From Lachnospiraceae bacterium (GTDB lineage: Bacteria; Bacillota; Clostridia; Lachnospirales; Lachnospiraceae), in the NCBI GenBank assembly GCA_045576455.1, contig JAZNGM010000001.1:267604-331603 (forward strand): DNA of 64,000 nucleotides, in the 5' to 3' direction. Position 1 is the stretch's first letter; every line of letters starts with the position of its first letter. Below the pieces are notes generated by a model. That model saw nothing but the letters and a program-made list of their open reading frames with translations. It had not been told where the DNA came from and did not search any database. The translations under genes were made by a program, and so were the position numbers. Of the stretch, positions 27,627 to 37,228 are shown one piece after another.

Positions 27627-29666
27627 ATGACAGAAAAAATCGGAAAAGTAACGCTCGACAAGAAGTTTTATCCGGGAAAAGATTTATATAGCGATGGCGT
27701 AATCGAGGATGAAATCCTTACAATCGTTAAAAATAATGAAGTGTCAGCATTTGACAGGATAATTGAAGAGAAGGCAAACTGGCCGGTGTTGTATCATCTG
27801 TCTGAGAAGCGTGCCAATATTATCGAATGGCTTCCGATAGATAAGTCCATGAAAGTATTGGAAGTGGGCAGCGGTATGGGCGCCATTACCGGAACGTTAG
27901 CTAAAAAAGCAGGTAGTGTTACCTGTAATGATTTATCCTTAAAAAGAAGTACGATTAATGCATACCGCAATAAAGAGGCGGATAATGTTCTGATTCATGT
28001 AGGAAATTTTAAGGATGTGGAAAAAACACTTCCGGATGATTTTGATTATATTTTCCTGATTGGCGTTTTTGAGTATGCCCAAGGCTATATGGGCTCGGAT
28101 ACGCCGTATGAAGATTTTTTAACTATATTAAAAGCGCATTTAAAGCCTGAGGGACGCATGGTTATAGCGATTGAAAATCTCTGGGGCTTAAAGTATTGGG
28201 CAGGATGCAGGGAAGACCACTTAGGTTCCTACTTTTCCGGCTTGGAGGGATATCCAAAAGACTGTGGTGTAAGGACTTTTACAAGACGTGGTTTAGAAGA
28301 AATATGTAAAAATACCGGTGTGACGGATTATAATTTCTATTATCCGTATCCGGATTATAAATTTATGACAACGCTATATTCTGACGACAGACTTCCAAAC
28401 GTAGGGGAGTTGTCCCAGAATATGAGAAATTTTGACAGGGAACGCATGCTTTTATTTGATGAAAAGAATGTGTTTGATAACATTATCCGGGAAGGATTGT
28501 TTCCGCTTTATTCCAATTCGTACTGTCTTATTATCGGTCCGAAGGTGGAACAGGCATATGTGAAGTATTCTAATGACAGGGCAAGCCGGTATGCGATTAA
28601 GACAGAAATATGTATGGATAATGAAACCGGTGCACGCCGCGTGGTAAAAAAGGCAATGAGTCCGGATGCTGCAAAACATATGAAGGCGATAAAGGATGCT
28701 TTTGTTTCTCTTGCCGATACCTTTAAAGAGACCGGTGTTAGTGTAAACTATTGTGAGGAAAAAGAGGACGGTTTGTATTTTGAGTATCTGGAGGGCATTA
28801 CCCTTGAAGAAAAACTGGATACTTTCATGGAACATAAGGATGATGAGGGCTTTGTTGCAATGTTAAAAACCTATCATCAGTTGCTTTTAAAAAATGCAGA
28901 TGCGCCTATTAAAGATAAAGATTTAATATTTGCCAATATAATCGTTAATGACGGAAAGTGGAGCATTATAGATTATGAATGGAGTTCGTCTGCTGCATGT
29001 CCTTATGACGAATTGTTTACAAGGGCAATGTATTGCTATACGCTTGGTTCCCATAAGCGTAAGCTGTTTGTGGATGAAATAGCAGATAAGCTGGAAGCAT
29101 TCGGATATTCGGAAAGACTTTTAACAAAGATTATGGAAGAAGAAACGGCGTTCCAGAAAAATGTAAACGGCCAGGGATTGTCCATGGTGGAAATCCGTGA
29201 CAAAATAGGTATGCCGGTGGTTAATCCGATAAGATATATGGAGGAGAACCGTTTAGAGCCTTGTGTACAGGTGTATGTAGATAATGGAAATGGTTTCTCT
29301 GAAGCTAATTCTTATTTTCTTGCATTAAAAAATAAGAATGCTGTACAGGAATTAGAGATTGATTTCCCGAAAGGTGCCGTGGCATTACGTGTAGATCCTT
29401 GTATGGAGCCGGTTATGCTGTATGTGAGTAAGCTTGCGGTCAGAGCGGAGGGTAACGAAATTGAAGTGCCTCAGTTAAAGCCGAACCGAAAAGGACAGTA
29501 TAAGCAGGGAAAAACGGGATATTTTTCCAATGGAACGGTTCTGAATGACGGCTTCTTTGCATTTAATACGTCAGACCCTAATTTGACGGTACAATATCAG
29601 GCAAAAGAAGAGAATACCAAACTGGTTCTCACGATGGAACTTATGAAGTTACCGAAGAGCCTATAA
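27627..29666 (+). CDS. SAM-dependent methyltransferase fused to a kinase-like domain (WbdD-like putative chain terminator)
   Basis: Methyltransferase motif I VLEVGSGMGAITGTLA. Later kinase-like elements: RRVVKKAM, FEYLEGITLEE, DLIFANIIV (D-x4-N), SIIDYEW. ~200-aa C-terminal region of unknown fold. Confidence 0.65.
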   Translation: MTEKIGKVTLDKKFYPGKDLYSDGVIEDEILTIVKNNEVSAFDRIIEEKANWPVLYHLSEKRANIIEWLPIDKSMKVLEVGSGMGAITGTLAKKAGSVTCNDLSLKRSTINAYRNKEADNVLIHVGNFKDVEKTLPDDFDYIFLIGVFEYAQGYMGSDTPYEDFLTILKAHLKPEGRMVIAIENLWGLKYWAGCREDHLGSYFSGLEGYPKDCGVRTFTRRGLEEICKNTGVTDYNFYYPYPDYKFMTTLYSDDRLPNVGELSQNMRNFDRERMLLFDEKNVFDNIIREGLFPLYSNSYCLIIGPKVEQAYVKYSNDRASRYAIKTEICMDNETGARRVVKKAMSPDAAKHMKAIKDAFVSLADTFKETGVSVNYCEEKEDGLYFEYLEGITLEEKLDTFMEHKDDEGFVAMLKTYHQLLLKNADAPIKDKDLIFANIIVNDGKWSIIDYEWSSSAACPYDELFTRAMYCYTLGSHKRKLFVDEIADKLEAFGYSERLLTKIMEEETAFQKNVNGQGLSMVEIRDKIGMPVVNPIRYMEENRLEPCVQVYVDNGNGFSEANSYFLALKNKNAVQELEIDFPKGAVALRVDPCMEPVMLYVSKLAVRAEGNEIEVPQLKPNRKGQYKQGKTGYFSNGTVLNDGFFAFNTSDPNLTVQYQAKEENTKLVLTMELMKLPKSL

Positions 29667-29702
29667 AAAATATAGATTAGTAAGTCAGGAACAGGTGACA
29701 AG

Positions 29703-31691
29703 TTGTTAAAGGGATTAAAAAGAAAAGTACAAAACAGGCTTCTGGCGCAGTCAGATGCTTTATATAAAGACAAATTGGCAAAGAAAAGGGATAGATACAA
29801 TGAGCTTCTTGCTGTTATGTTTGAAGACGTACCGCCTGCGGCAACAACCACGGACGGACAGCTTGAAGCAGGTATGGAAATTCCTGTGGTATTTATCGAA
29901 GAATTTACAAAAGGCTGTGCTATCAATTTAAATGCAGACTTTGTAATTTTTACATCTAAAAACGGGGAATTAAACAAAGCGGCACCGGAGATTATGCGCG
30001 AAATATTTAGTAATCCTGAGGTGGTACTTATCTATGCGGATGAAGACTATCTTAAGGGCCCGCAGCATATGAAACCATGGCTGAAGCCGGATTATTCACC
30101 CGATACGTTGATGTCATTTTTATATATGGGAAATCCTGTGGCAGTAAAAACGGAAATGCTTAAGAATACCATGAAAGAAATGAATTTGTCCGAAGATGGT
30201 GAGATAAATTACTATGACTTTTTGCTTCGGGTGACGGAACAGATAACCGGCAGTCAAATTATACATTGTAATAAAGTACTTTTCAGTAATTATTTATCCA
30301 ATGACGATATCATACGGACGACACTTTGGGGTGCGGACGAAAAATTTAATGCAATCAAAGAAAATGCTGCAACCCGCAGAGGGCTTACCGCGGCTATGTA
30401 TTGTGATCAAAAAGACAGGTGGCAGGTAATTTATAAGCCGGCGGAAACGGAAAAACCAACCGTCAGCGTGATTATTCCCTCGAAGGATCAGCCGGAATTA
30501 ATGCAGGAATGTATTGAGTCACTTTATGCTAAAAATCCGGGTGCATCTTTTGAAGTAATTGTAATTGATAACGGAAGCGCCGGTGCAAACCGCTTGAGGA
30601 TGACGAGCCTTAAGGAAAAATTTGGTTTTGATTATTATTATGAGCCGGGTGAATTCCACTTTGCAAAAATGTGTAATTTCGGTGCACAAAAAGCAATAGG
30701 ACAATATCTCCTTTTCCTAAATGACGATACAAAGATGCTTATGGATAATACCCTATTAACAATGGCAGGCCAGTGTGAAGTGAGCCATGTCGGCGCTGTG
30801 GGGGTGAAGCTTCTGTATGCAGATGGGGAAACGATACAGCATATCGGGGTTGCCAATTCCAAGATAGGTCCTATTCATAAGTTTATGGGTAAAAAAGATG
30901 ATGTAACCTATTATTACGGACAGAATGCTTATCCAATGGATGTCCTGGCGGTGACTGGCGCATGTATGATGATAAAGGCGGCACTTTTTGAAAGTATAGG
31001 GGGATTTGAAGAAATCTTTGCCGTGTCGTATAATGATGTTGACCTATGCTATAAGCTTCATAAGGCAGGATATTATAATGTAGTAAGAAATGATATCAGC
31101 GTTATCCATTACGAATCTATGAGCCGTGGGGATGATGCAGCTACCAATATAAAGCAGGAACGCCTTAAAAAAGAGCGTGCTGCATTGTATGAAAAGCATC
31201 CTGATATGATGGAAGTGGATCCTTATTACAGTGTGTATATTGATGCGACACAGGATGAATTCACAATACAGATTCCGGGGTTAAATAAACAATATAACTT
31301 GTATGAACTGAAAAAGGAAACGCTTCCTGTTATCGAAAATGAAGTGTTGAAAATAGTTCCCGATTGTGTGAAAGCAGACGACAAAGCCGTACGTCTTGAA
31401 GGCTGGTGGTATGTGGCAGGATATAATAATGCAAGGTATAAAGCAAGCCTTATACTAAAAAACAAATCGCAAAACAGGACTTTTTGTATTGATTTTGAGC
31501 CGGTATTGCGGGAGGATGTGGCTTTGGCAATGCAGGGAGAAACGAATATAGAGCTTTCGGGATTTTCCGTAATGTTGTTAAACAGTGAATTGCCGGCAGG
31601 AGAATACGAAACGGGAATGCTTGTAAAAGACACCTGCTCAAGACAGAAACTTTTCAGATTTTTGGGTAAGGATTATAATATTACGATTTAA
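29703..31691 (+). CDS. Two-domain GT2 glycosyltransferase (degenerate N-terminal half, intact C-terminal half)
   Basis: Intact GT2: VSVIIPSKDQPELMQECIESL, EVIVIDNGS, LLFLNDDT, AVTGACMMIK, YNDVDLCYK. The N-terminal half keeps IYADEDY...KPDYSPDTLMSFLYMGN but lacks a DxD. TTG start as listed; the start is uncertain. Confidence 0.75.
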   Translation: MLKGLKRKVQNRLLAQSDALYKDKLAKKRDRYNELLAVMFEDVPPAATTTDGQLEAGMEIPVVFIEEFTKGCAINLNADFVIFTSKNGELNKAAPEIMREIFSNPEVVLIYADEDYLKGPQHMKPWLKPDYSPDTLMSFLYMGNPVAVKTEMLKNTMKEMNLSEDGEINYYDFLLRVTEQITGSQIIHCNKVLFSNYLSNDDIIRTTLWGADEKFNAIKENAATRRGLTAAMYCDQKDRWQVIYKPAETEKPTVSVIIPSKDQPELMQECIESLYAKNPGASFEVIVIDNGSAGANRLRMTSLKEKFGFDYYYEPGEFHFAKMCNFGAQKAIGQYLLFLNDDTKMLMDNTLLTMAGQCEVSHVGAVGVKLLYADGETIQHIGVANSKIGPIHKFMGKKDDVTYYYGQNAYPMDVLAVTGACMMIKAALFESIGGFEEIFAVSYNDVDLCYKLHKAGYYNVVRNDISVIHYESMSRGDDAATNIKQERLKKERAALYEKHPDMMEVDPYYSVYIDATQDEFTIQIPGLNKQYNLYELKKETLPVIENEVLKIVPDCVKADDKAVRLEGWWYVAGYNNARYKASLILKNKSQNRTFCIDFEPVLREDVALAMQGETNIELSGFSVMLLNSELPAGEYETGMLVKDTCSRQKLFRFLGKDYNITI

Positions 31692-31705
31692 GATGGAGAC
31701 CAATA

Positions 31706-33667
31706 ATGGGACAAGACATAATTGATTACAAAGTGGCTTATGAGGCGGAGAAACGGAAAAATGCAGAACTTACAGCAAGGCTTGCAGAAGCCAATATGCA
31801 GATTGAAGATTTGGATAATAAGCTGAAACGTATTAAGAACAATCTGTTTTGGAAAATGACGAAACCGTTCCGGGTAGTAATACACGCAATGATCCGTACG
31901 AAAGACAGATTGAAACGTCTGGGTTCGCTTCGGGGACTTAAAATAAAATTGAAACAGAAAAAAGCAGAGAAAAAGGCGCGTTATCTGCATGGGAAAGCAA
32001 GTTTTCCAAATGCGGCAAGAAGACAATTGGAGGAAAATACAAAATTTTCTAAAGATATTACGGTCAGTATTCTGGTTCCGCTTTATAATACGCCCAAGAA
32101 TTTCCTTATTGAGATGATTGATTCCGTAAAAGCACAGACTTACGCAGGATGGGAATTATGTCTTGCGGACGGATCGGATAGTGATCATGCTTATGTAGGT
32201 GAAATTTGCCGTGAATATATTAATAAGGATGCAAGAATCCGCTACGAAAAGCTTGAAAAAAATGAAGGTATTTCCGGTAATACCAATGCCTGCTATAAGA
32301 TGGCAACCGGTAATTATATAGGTCTTTTTGATCATGATGATTTACTTCATCCGAGCGCTTTATATGAATATATGAAAGCTATTTGTGAGCAGGATGCCGA
32401 TTATATCTATTGTGATGAGTTGACCTTCGAAGGTAAAGATGTGGATAACATGGTAACACTCCATTTTAAACCGGATTTTGCCGTAGATAACCTCAGGGCG
32501 AATAACTATATATGCCACTTCAGCGTCTTTTCCAGAGAATTGCTGGAAGGAACGGAATTGTTCAGGAGCCAGTTTAACGGAAGCCAGGATCATGATATGA
32601 TATTACGCCTTACGTCTAACGCAAAAAATATTGTGCATGTACCGAAGATTTTATATTACTGGCGTTCCCATAAGGCAAGTGTGGCAAGCGGTATCGAGGC
32701 TAAGCCATATGCTATTCAGGCTGCTAAGGGAGCTGTATCCGCGCATCTTGAAAAGGCCGGTTTTAAAGATTTTTCAGTGGAAAGTACCCGGGCGTATGCT
32801 ACTATTTTCAGGGTACGCTATGCATTAACCGGTACACCTAAAATTTCCATAATTATTCCAAATAAAGACCACGAGGAAGATTTAAGAAGATGTATAGAGT
32901 CTCTCCTCAATGTGGCTACCTATGAAAATTTTGAAATTATTGTGGTTGAAAATAATAGTACGTCACCTGAAATTAAAAATTATTACAAAGAACTTGAAAA
33001 TGAAGCAAACGTAAAAGTAGTAACCTATAAGGGTGAATTTAATTATTCCGCCATTAATAATTTCGGTGTTTCATTTGCAACAGGAGAGTACATACTTCTG
33101 TTAAATAACGATACACAGGTGATTACACCAAATTTCCTGGAAGAAATGCTTATGTATGCACAGCGTGAAGATGTAGCTTGTGTAGGTGCAAAACTGTATT
33201 ATGAAGATGATACCATACAGCATGCCGGTGTCATTATCGGTCTGGGTGCCCACAGAAGTGCAGGACACGGGCATTATCGTGTGAGCAAAGAAAATTTAGG
33301 TTATATGGGAAGGCTTTGTTATGCACAAAATGTTTCTGCGGTAACCGGAGCATGTCTCATGGTGCGTAAGGAAATATATGACAGACTTTCGGGACTTGAT
33401 GAAGGTTTTGCGGTAGCGTTGAATGATGTTGATTTTTGCTTAAGGGCGCGTGAGCTTGGTTATCTTAATGTATTTACACCGTTTGCGGAGCTTTACCATT
33501 TTGAATCAAAGTCCAGAGGTTTGGACGAAGCACCGGCAAAGGCAGAACGTTATCAAAAAGAATGCGATGCATTCAGGGCACGCTATAAAGCATTAATTGA
33601 AAAAGGAGATCCGTATTTTAACCCAAATTTCTCTTTAGATAGCAGCAGTTTTGAGTTAAAATATTAA
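31706..33667 (+). CDS. Dual-GT2 glycosyltransferase with an N-terminal coiled coil (candidate polymerising enzyme)
   Basis: Coiled coil AEKRKNAELTARLAEANMQIEDLDNKLKRIKNN. GT2 number 1: VSILVPLYNTPKNFL, LADGSDSD, LFDHDD. GT2 number 2: ISIIIPNKDHEEDL, IIVVENNS, LLLNNDT, LNDVDFCLR. Confidence 0.8.
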   Translation: MGQDIIDYKVAYEAEKRKNAELTARLAEANMQIEDLDNKLKRIKNNLFWKMTKPFRVVIHAMIRTKDRLKRLGSLRGLKIKLKQKKAEKKARYLHGKASFPNAARRQLEENTKFSKDITVSILVPLYNTPKNFLIEMIDSVKAQTYAGWELCLADGSDSDHAYVGEICREYINKDARIRYEKLEKNEGISGNTNACYKMATGNYIGLFDHDDLLHPSALYEYMKAICEQDADYIYCDELTFEGKDVDNMVTLHFKPDFAVDNLRANNYICHFSVFSRELLEGTELFRSQFNGSQDHDMILRLTSNAKNIVHVPKILYYWRSHKASVASGIEAKPYAIQAAKGAVSAHLEKAGFKDFSVESTRAYATIFRVRYALTGTPKISIIIPNKDHEEDLRRCIESLLNVATYENFEIIVVENNSTSPEIKNYYKELENEANVKVVTYKGEFNYSAINNFGVSFATGEYILLLNNDTQVITPNFLEEMLMYAQREDVACVGAKLYYEDDTIQHAGVIIGLGAHRSAGHGHYRVSKENLGYMGRLCYAQNVSAVTGACLMVRKEIYDRLSGLDEGFAVALNDVDFCLRARELGYLNVFTPFAELYHFESKSRGLDEAPAKAERYQKECDAFRARYKALIEKGDPYFNPNFSLDSSSFELKY

Positions 33668-33696
33668 TGAATCTTATAAATGAGGAGGTATACGAA

Positions 33697-35418
33697 ATGA
33701 GTTATATGGAGCAGTATAATTTCTGGAGAACCAATCCGTATTTTGATGAGGCTACCAAGAAGGAGCTTGAAGAAATCAAAGACAATGAGAAAGAGATTGA
33801 AGATCGTTTCTATAAGGAGCTTGCTTTTGGTACAGGCGGACTCCGCGGAGTTATAGGAGCAGGAACCAACAGATTGAATATTTATACGGTAAGAAAAGCA
33901 ACACAGGGACTTGCTAATTACATTATTATGAATAATGCACAGGATAAGGGTATTGCAATTGCGTATGACTCCCGTTTTATGTCTCCGGAGTTTGCGGATG
34001 AAGCTGCGTTATGTATGGCAGCAAACGGCATTAAGGCGTATGTGTTTGAATCACTCCGTCCTACGCCGGAATTATCTTTTGCAGTTAGAAAGCTGGGATG
34101 TACTGCAGGTATTGTTATTACGGCAAGCCATAATCCGCCGGAATACAACGGCTATAAGGTGTATTGGGAAGATGGTGCACAGGTTGCCACACCAAGAGAT
34201 ATGGAGGTTATTGCAGAAGTTAATAAGGTTACGGATTACAATACCGTAAAAACCATGGATAAGGATGAGGCGGTTAAAGCCGGATTATACAATGTAATCG
34301 GTAAGGAAATTGACGATGCATATATGGTTGAATTAAAGAAACAGATTATCCATCCGGAGATTATTAAAGAAGTCGCAGAGGATGTGAAAATTGTATATAC
34401 ACCGCTTCACGGAACAGGTAATGTGCCGGTAAGAAGAGTTCTTGAGGAATTAGGCTTTAAGAATGTGTATGTTGTGCCTGAGCAGGAAATGCCGGATCCT
34501 AAATTTTCAACCTTGGATTATCCGAATCCTGAAGACCCGAAAGCATTTAAGATGGCACTTGACCTTGCACGTAAGGTGAATGCCGATGTTGTACTTGCAA
34601 CAGACCCGGATGCCGACAGACTTGGTATATATGCTTTAGATACAAAATCAGGCGAATATATTCCGTTTACGGGAAATATGTCCGGTATGCTGATTGCGGA
34701 TTATATTATGAGAGAAAAAACTGCGCTTGGTACTATGCCTGAAAATCCGGCCCTTGTTAAGACGATTGTAACAACCAATATGGCAGATGTAATCGTTAAG
34801 AAGTTTGGCGTGACATTGATTGAAGTGTTAACAGGATTTAAATATATCGGAGAGCAGATTAAACTTTTTGAGCAGAATAACACGTATAACTATGTGTTCG
34901 GTTTAGAGGAAAGCTATGGTTGTCTTGCCGGAACCCATGCAAGAGATAAAGATGCCTGCGTTGCAGTAATGTGTCTTTGTGAAGTGGCTGCCTGGTGTAA
35001 GAAAAACGGCATAACCGTATGGGATCAGATGCTCCGTATGTATGAAGAGTACGGTTATTTTAAAGAAGAGCTTTATACCATTACCTTAAAAGGTATTGAC
35101 GGCTCTAAGCAGATCGATGCGCTTATGGAGAAACTCCGCAGCAATCCGCCGAAAGAATTTGGTGATCTTAAGGTTGTGAAAGTACGTGACTATGAAAATG
35201 ATACGGTACTGGATGTTGAAACCGGTGCCATAACATCGACAGGACTTCCAAAATCCAACGTACTCTATTTTGACCTTACGAATGATTCCTGGTGCTGTGC
35301 AAGACCTTCCGGAACAGAACCTAAGATTAAGTTTTATATGGGTGTTAAAGGAACCAGTCTTGAAGATGCCAAGAAGAAAGTAGATGAATTAACAGAGAAT
35401 TTGAAGGCTAAATTGTAA
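33697..35418 (+). CDS. Phospho-sugar mutase (phosphoglucomutase, PgcA-like)
   Basis: FGTGGLRG, active-site TASHNPPEYNGYK, TDPDADRLG, GLEESYG. ATG 33697 with a GAGGAGG RBS is preferred over the listed 33667. Confidence 0.9.
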   Translation: MSYMEQYNFWRTNPYFDEATKKELEEIKDNEKEIEDRFYKELAFGTGGLRGVIGAGTNRLNIYTVRKATQGLANYIIMNNAQDKGIAIAYDSRFMSPEFADEAALCMAANGIKAYVFESLRPTPELSFAVRKLGCTAGIVITASHNPPEYNGYKVYWEDGAQVATPRDMEVIAEVNKVTDYNTVKTMDKDEAVKAGLYNVIGKEIDDAYMVELKKQIIHPEIIKEVAEDVKIVYTPLHGTGNVPVRRVLEELGFKNVYVVPEQEMPDPKFSTLDYPNPEDPKAFKMALDLARKVNADVVLATDPDADRLGIYALDTKSGEYIPFTGNMSGMLIADYIMREKTALGTMPENPALVKTIVTTNMADVIVKKFGVTLIEVLTGFKYIGEQIKLFEQNNTYNYVFGLEESYGCLAGTHARDKDACVAVMCLCEVAAWCKKNGITVWDQMLRMYEEYGYFKEELYTITLKGIDGSKQIDALMEKLRSNPPKEFGDLKVVKVRDYENDTVLDVETGAITSTGLPKSNVLYFDLTNDSWCCARPSGTEPKIKFYMGVKGTSLEDAKKKVDELTENLKAKL

Positions 35419-35864
35419 TGAAAAAATTAGTAGAACAACTGATAAAATTCGGTATGGTAGGAGCATTGTGCTTTGCTATTGACTATGGGCTTTATACTGC
35501 ACTGTTGTTTGTGGGAGTGCACTATCTTCTTGCCGCATTAATCGGATTCCTTGTGTCCGTAGTGGTTAATTATATCCTCAGTATGAAATTTGTATTTGTA
35601 CGCAGGGATGATATGGATAAGAAACGGGAATTCATGGTGTTTTTTATCTTAAGTGTCTTTGGACTTATATTAAATGAGATACTGATATTCGCCTGCTATG
35701 ACGGACTTTATGTCAATGTCAAAGCAATGCAGAATATGATGACAGACAAAACGGCACAGCTTATCGGTAAGCTTATAGCAACCTTTATTGTCATGGTGTT
35801 TAATTTTATAACCCGTAAGATCTTTTTGGAAAAGAAGGAAACGGCACAGAATGAAGCGAATTAA
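35418..35864 (+). CDS. GtrA-family small membrane protein
   Basis: 148 aa, 4 TM, IKFGMVGALCFAIDYGLY. TAATG overlap with the mutase gene. Confidence 0.85.
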   Translation: MKKLVEQLIKFGMVGALCFAIDYGLYTALLFVGVHYLLAALIGFLVSVVVNYILSMKFVFVRRDDMDKKREFMVFFILSVFGLILNEILIFACYDGLYVNVKAMQNMMTDKTAQLIGKLIATFIVMVFNFITRKIFLEKKETAQNEAN

Positions 35865-37215
35865 TTTAAATAATATGCGGAAAACCTTCAGATATATGAA
35901 GAAAAATGGTATAAAATCCGCTGTTTATGCTGTGCGGGAACGCCTGGATAAAGGGAACTTTTCTGATTATACTTATGTTCCGCTGACGGAGGATATATTA
36001 AAAAGTCAACAGGGAAAAAGTTTTAATCAGTATATAAAGTTTAGTATTCTGGTTCCCTGTTATGAGACAGAACAGAAGTATCTTAAAGTGCTGATTGACT
36101 CGGTCCTTGCACAGACCTATGGTGAATGGGAATTGATTCTTGCGGATGCGAGCAGCACGGACAAGGTAAAAGATACCGTGTCAGAATATACGGATGAAAG
36201 AATCCGTTATGTTAAACTTGCAGAAAACCGCGGGATTTCAGAGAATACCAATGAAGGCTTAAAGGCAGCTCAGGGAGATTATGTTGTACTGCTTGATCAT
36301 GATGATATTTTAACGGAAGATGCTTTGTATCAGATGATGGAAGCAATTGACAAAAGCAAGGTACTTCCTGCGTTCCTTTATTCGGATGAGGATAAAACAG
36401 ATTCTTCGCAGGAGAATTTCTTTGAACCGCATATAAAGCCGGATTTTAACTATGATTTATTATTGACAAATAACTATATTTGCCATTTACTGGTTATCCG
36501 TACCGGTATATTAAAAAGACTTAAATTCAGAAAAGAATATGACGGTGCACAGGATTATGATCTTGTGCTCCGTTTGGTTGCGTATATACAGGATAAAATG
36601 GAGAAGAAGGTAAATGAGCTTGAAGAATTGATATGTCATGTACCAAAGGTATTATATCATTGGAGATGTCATGAACTTTCTACGGCAGCCAACCCTGCCA
36701 GTAAACAATATGCCTATGAAGCGGGATTACGTGCGCTTAAGGATTATGTTGTGAGCCGTGGATATACGGCAGATGTAGTACATGCAAAACACCTGGGATA
36801 TTATGAACTGATAGAAGAGATACCGGATATCTTATTTAACAGAACCGAAATTGGTGCGGTAGGTGGTGTAGTCTACCATCGTGGCAGAATCAGTGCCGGT
36901 CCCATGGATGCGCAAGGTTTACTATTGTGGCCCGGGGCAAAGAAGCATTACAGCGGCTATATGAACCGTATTGCTTCGCGTCAGAATATGAAAGCACTCC
37001 ATACCGATAAGCTTTATTTGAAAAAGGATATTATTTTCAAATTTATAGAAGAAAAAGTGGCAGGATGCCCGAAATTTGACATAGTTGAAACAAAATGGGA
37101 TGGCATTGTAAGTATACAGCCCAAAGACGGTAAAAGAGCAGTTGAATTGAGCCTTATCTTATCCGATTATCTTACCGGAAACGGATATTTGTTATTATAT
37201 CTTCCAACACTATAA
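35851..37215 (+). CDS. GT2 glycosyltransferase (intact N-terminal domain, remnant C-terminal half)
   Basis: FSILVPCYETEQKYL, LADASSTD, LLDHDD, YSDEDK...KPDFNYDLLLTNNYICH. Paralogous to the first domain of 31706-33667. Confidence 0.8.
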   Translation: MKRINLNNMRKTFRYMKKNGIKSAVYAVRERLDKGNFSDYTYVPLTEDILKSQQGKSFNQYIKFSILVPCYETEQKYLKVLIDSVLAQTYGEWELILADASSTDKVKDTVSEYTDERIRYVKLAENRGISENTNEGLKAAQGDYVVLLDHDDILTEDALYQMMEAIDKSKVLPAFLYSDEDKTDSSQENFFEPHIKPDFNYDLLLTNNYICHLLVIRTGILKRLKFRKEYDGAQDYDLVLRLVAYIQDKMEKKVNELEELICHVPKVLYHWRCHELSTAANPASKQYAYEAGLRALKDYVVSRGYTADVVHAKHLGYYELIEEIPDILFNRTEIGAVGGVVYHRGRISAGPMDAQGLLLWPGAKKHYSGYMNRIASRQNMKALHTDKLYLKKDIIFKFIEEKVAGCPKFDIVETKWDGIVSIQPKDGKRAVELSLILSDYLTGNGYLLLYLPTL

Positions 37216-37228
37216 GGAGAGGATTCGT

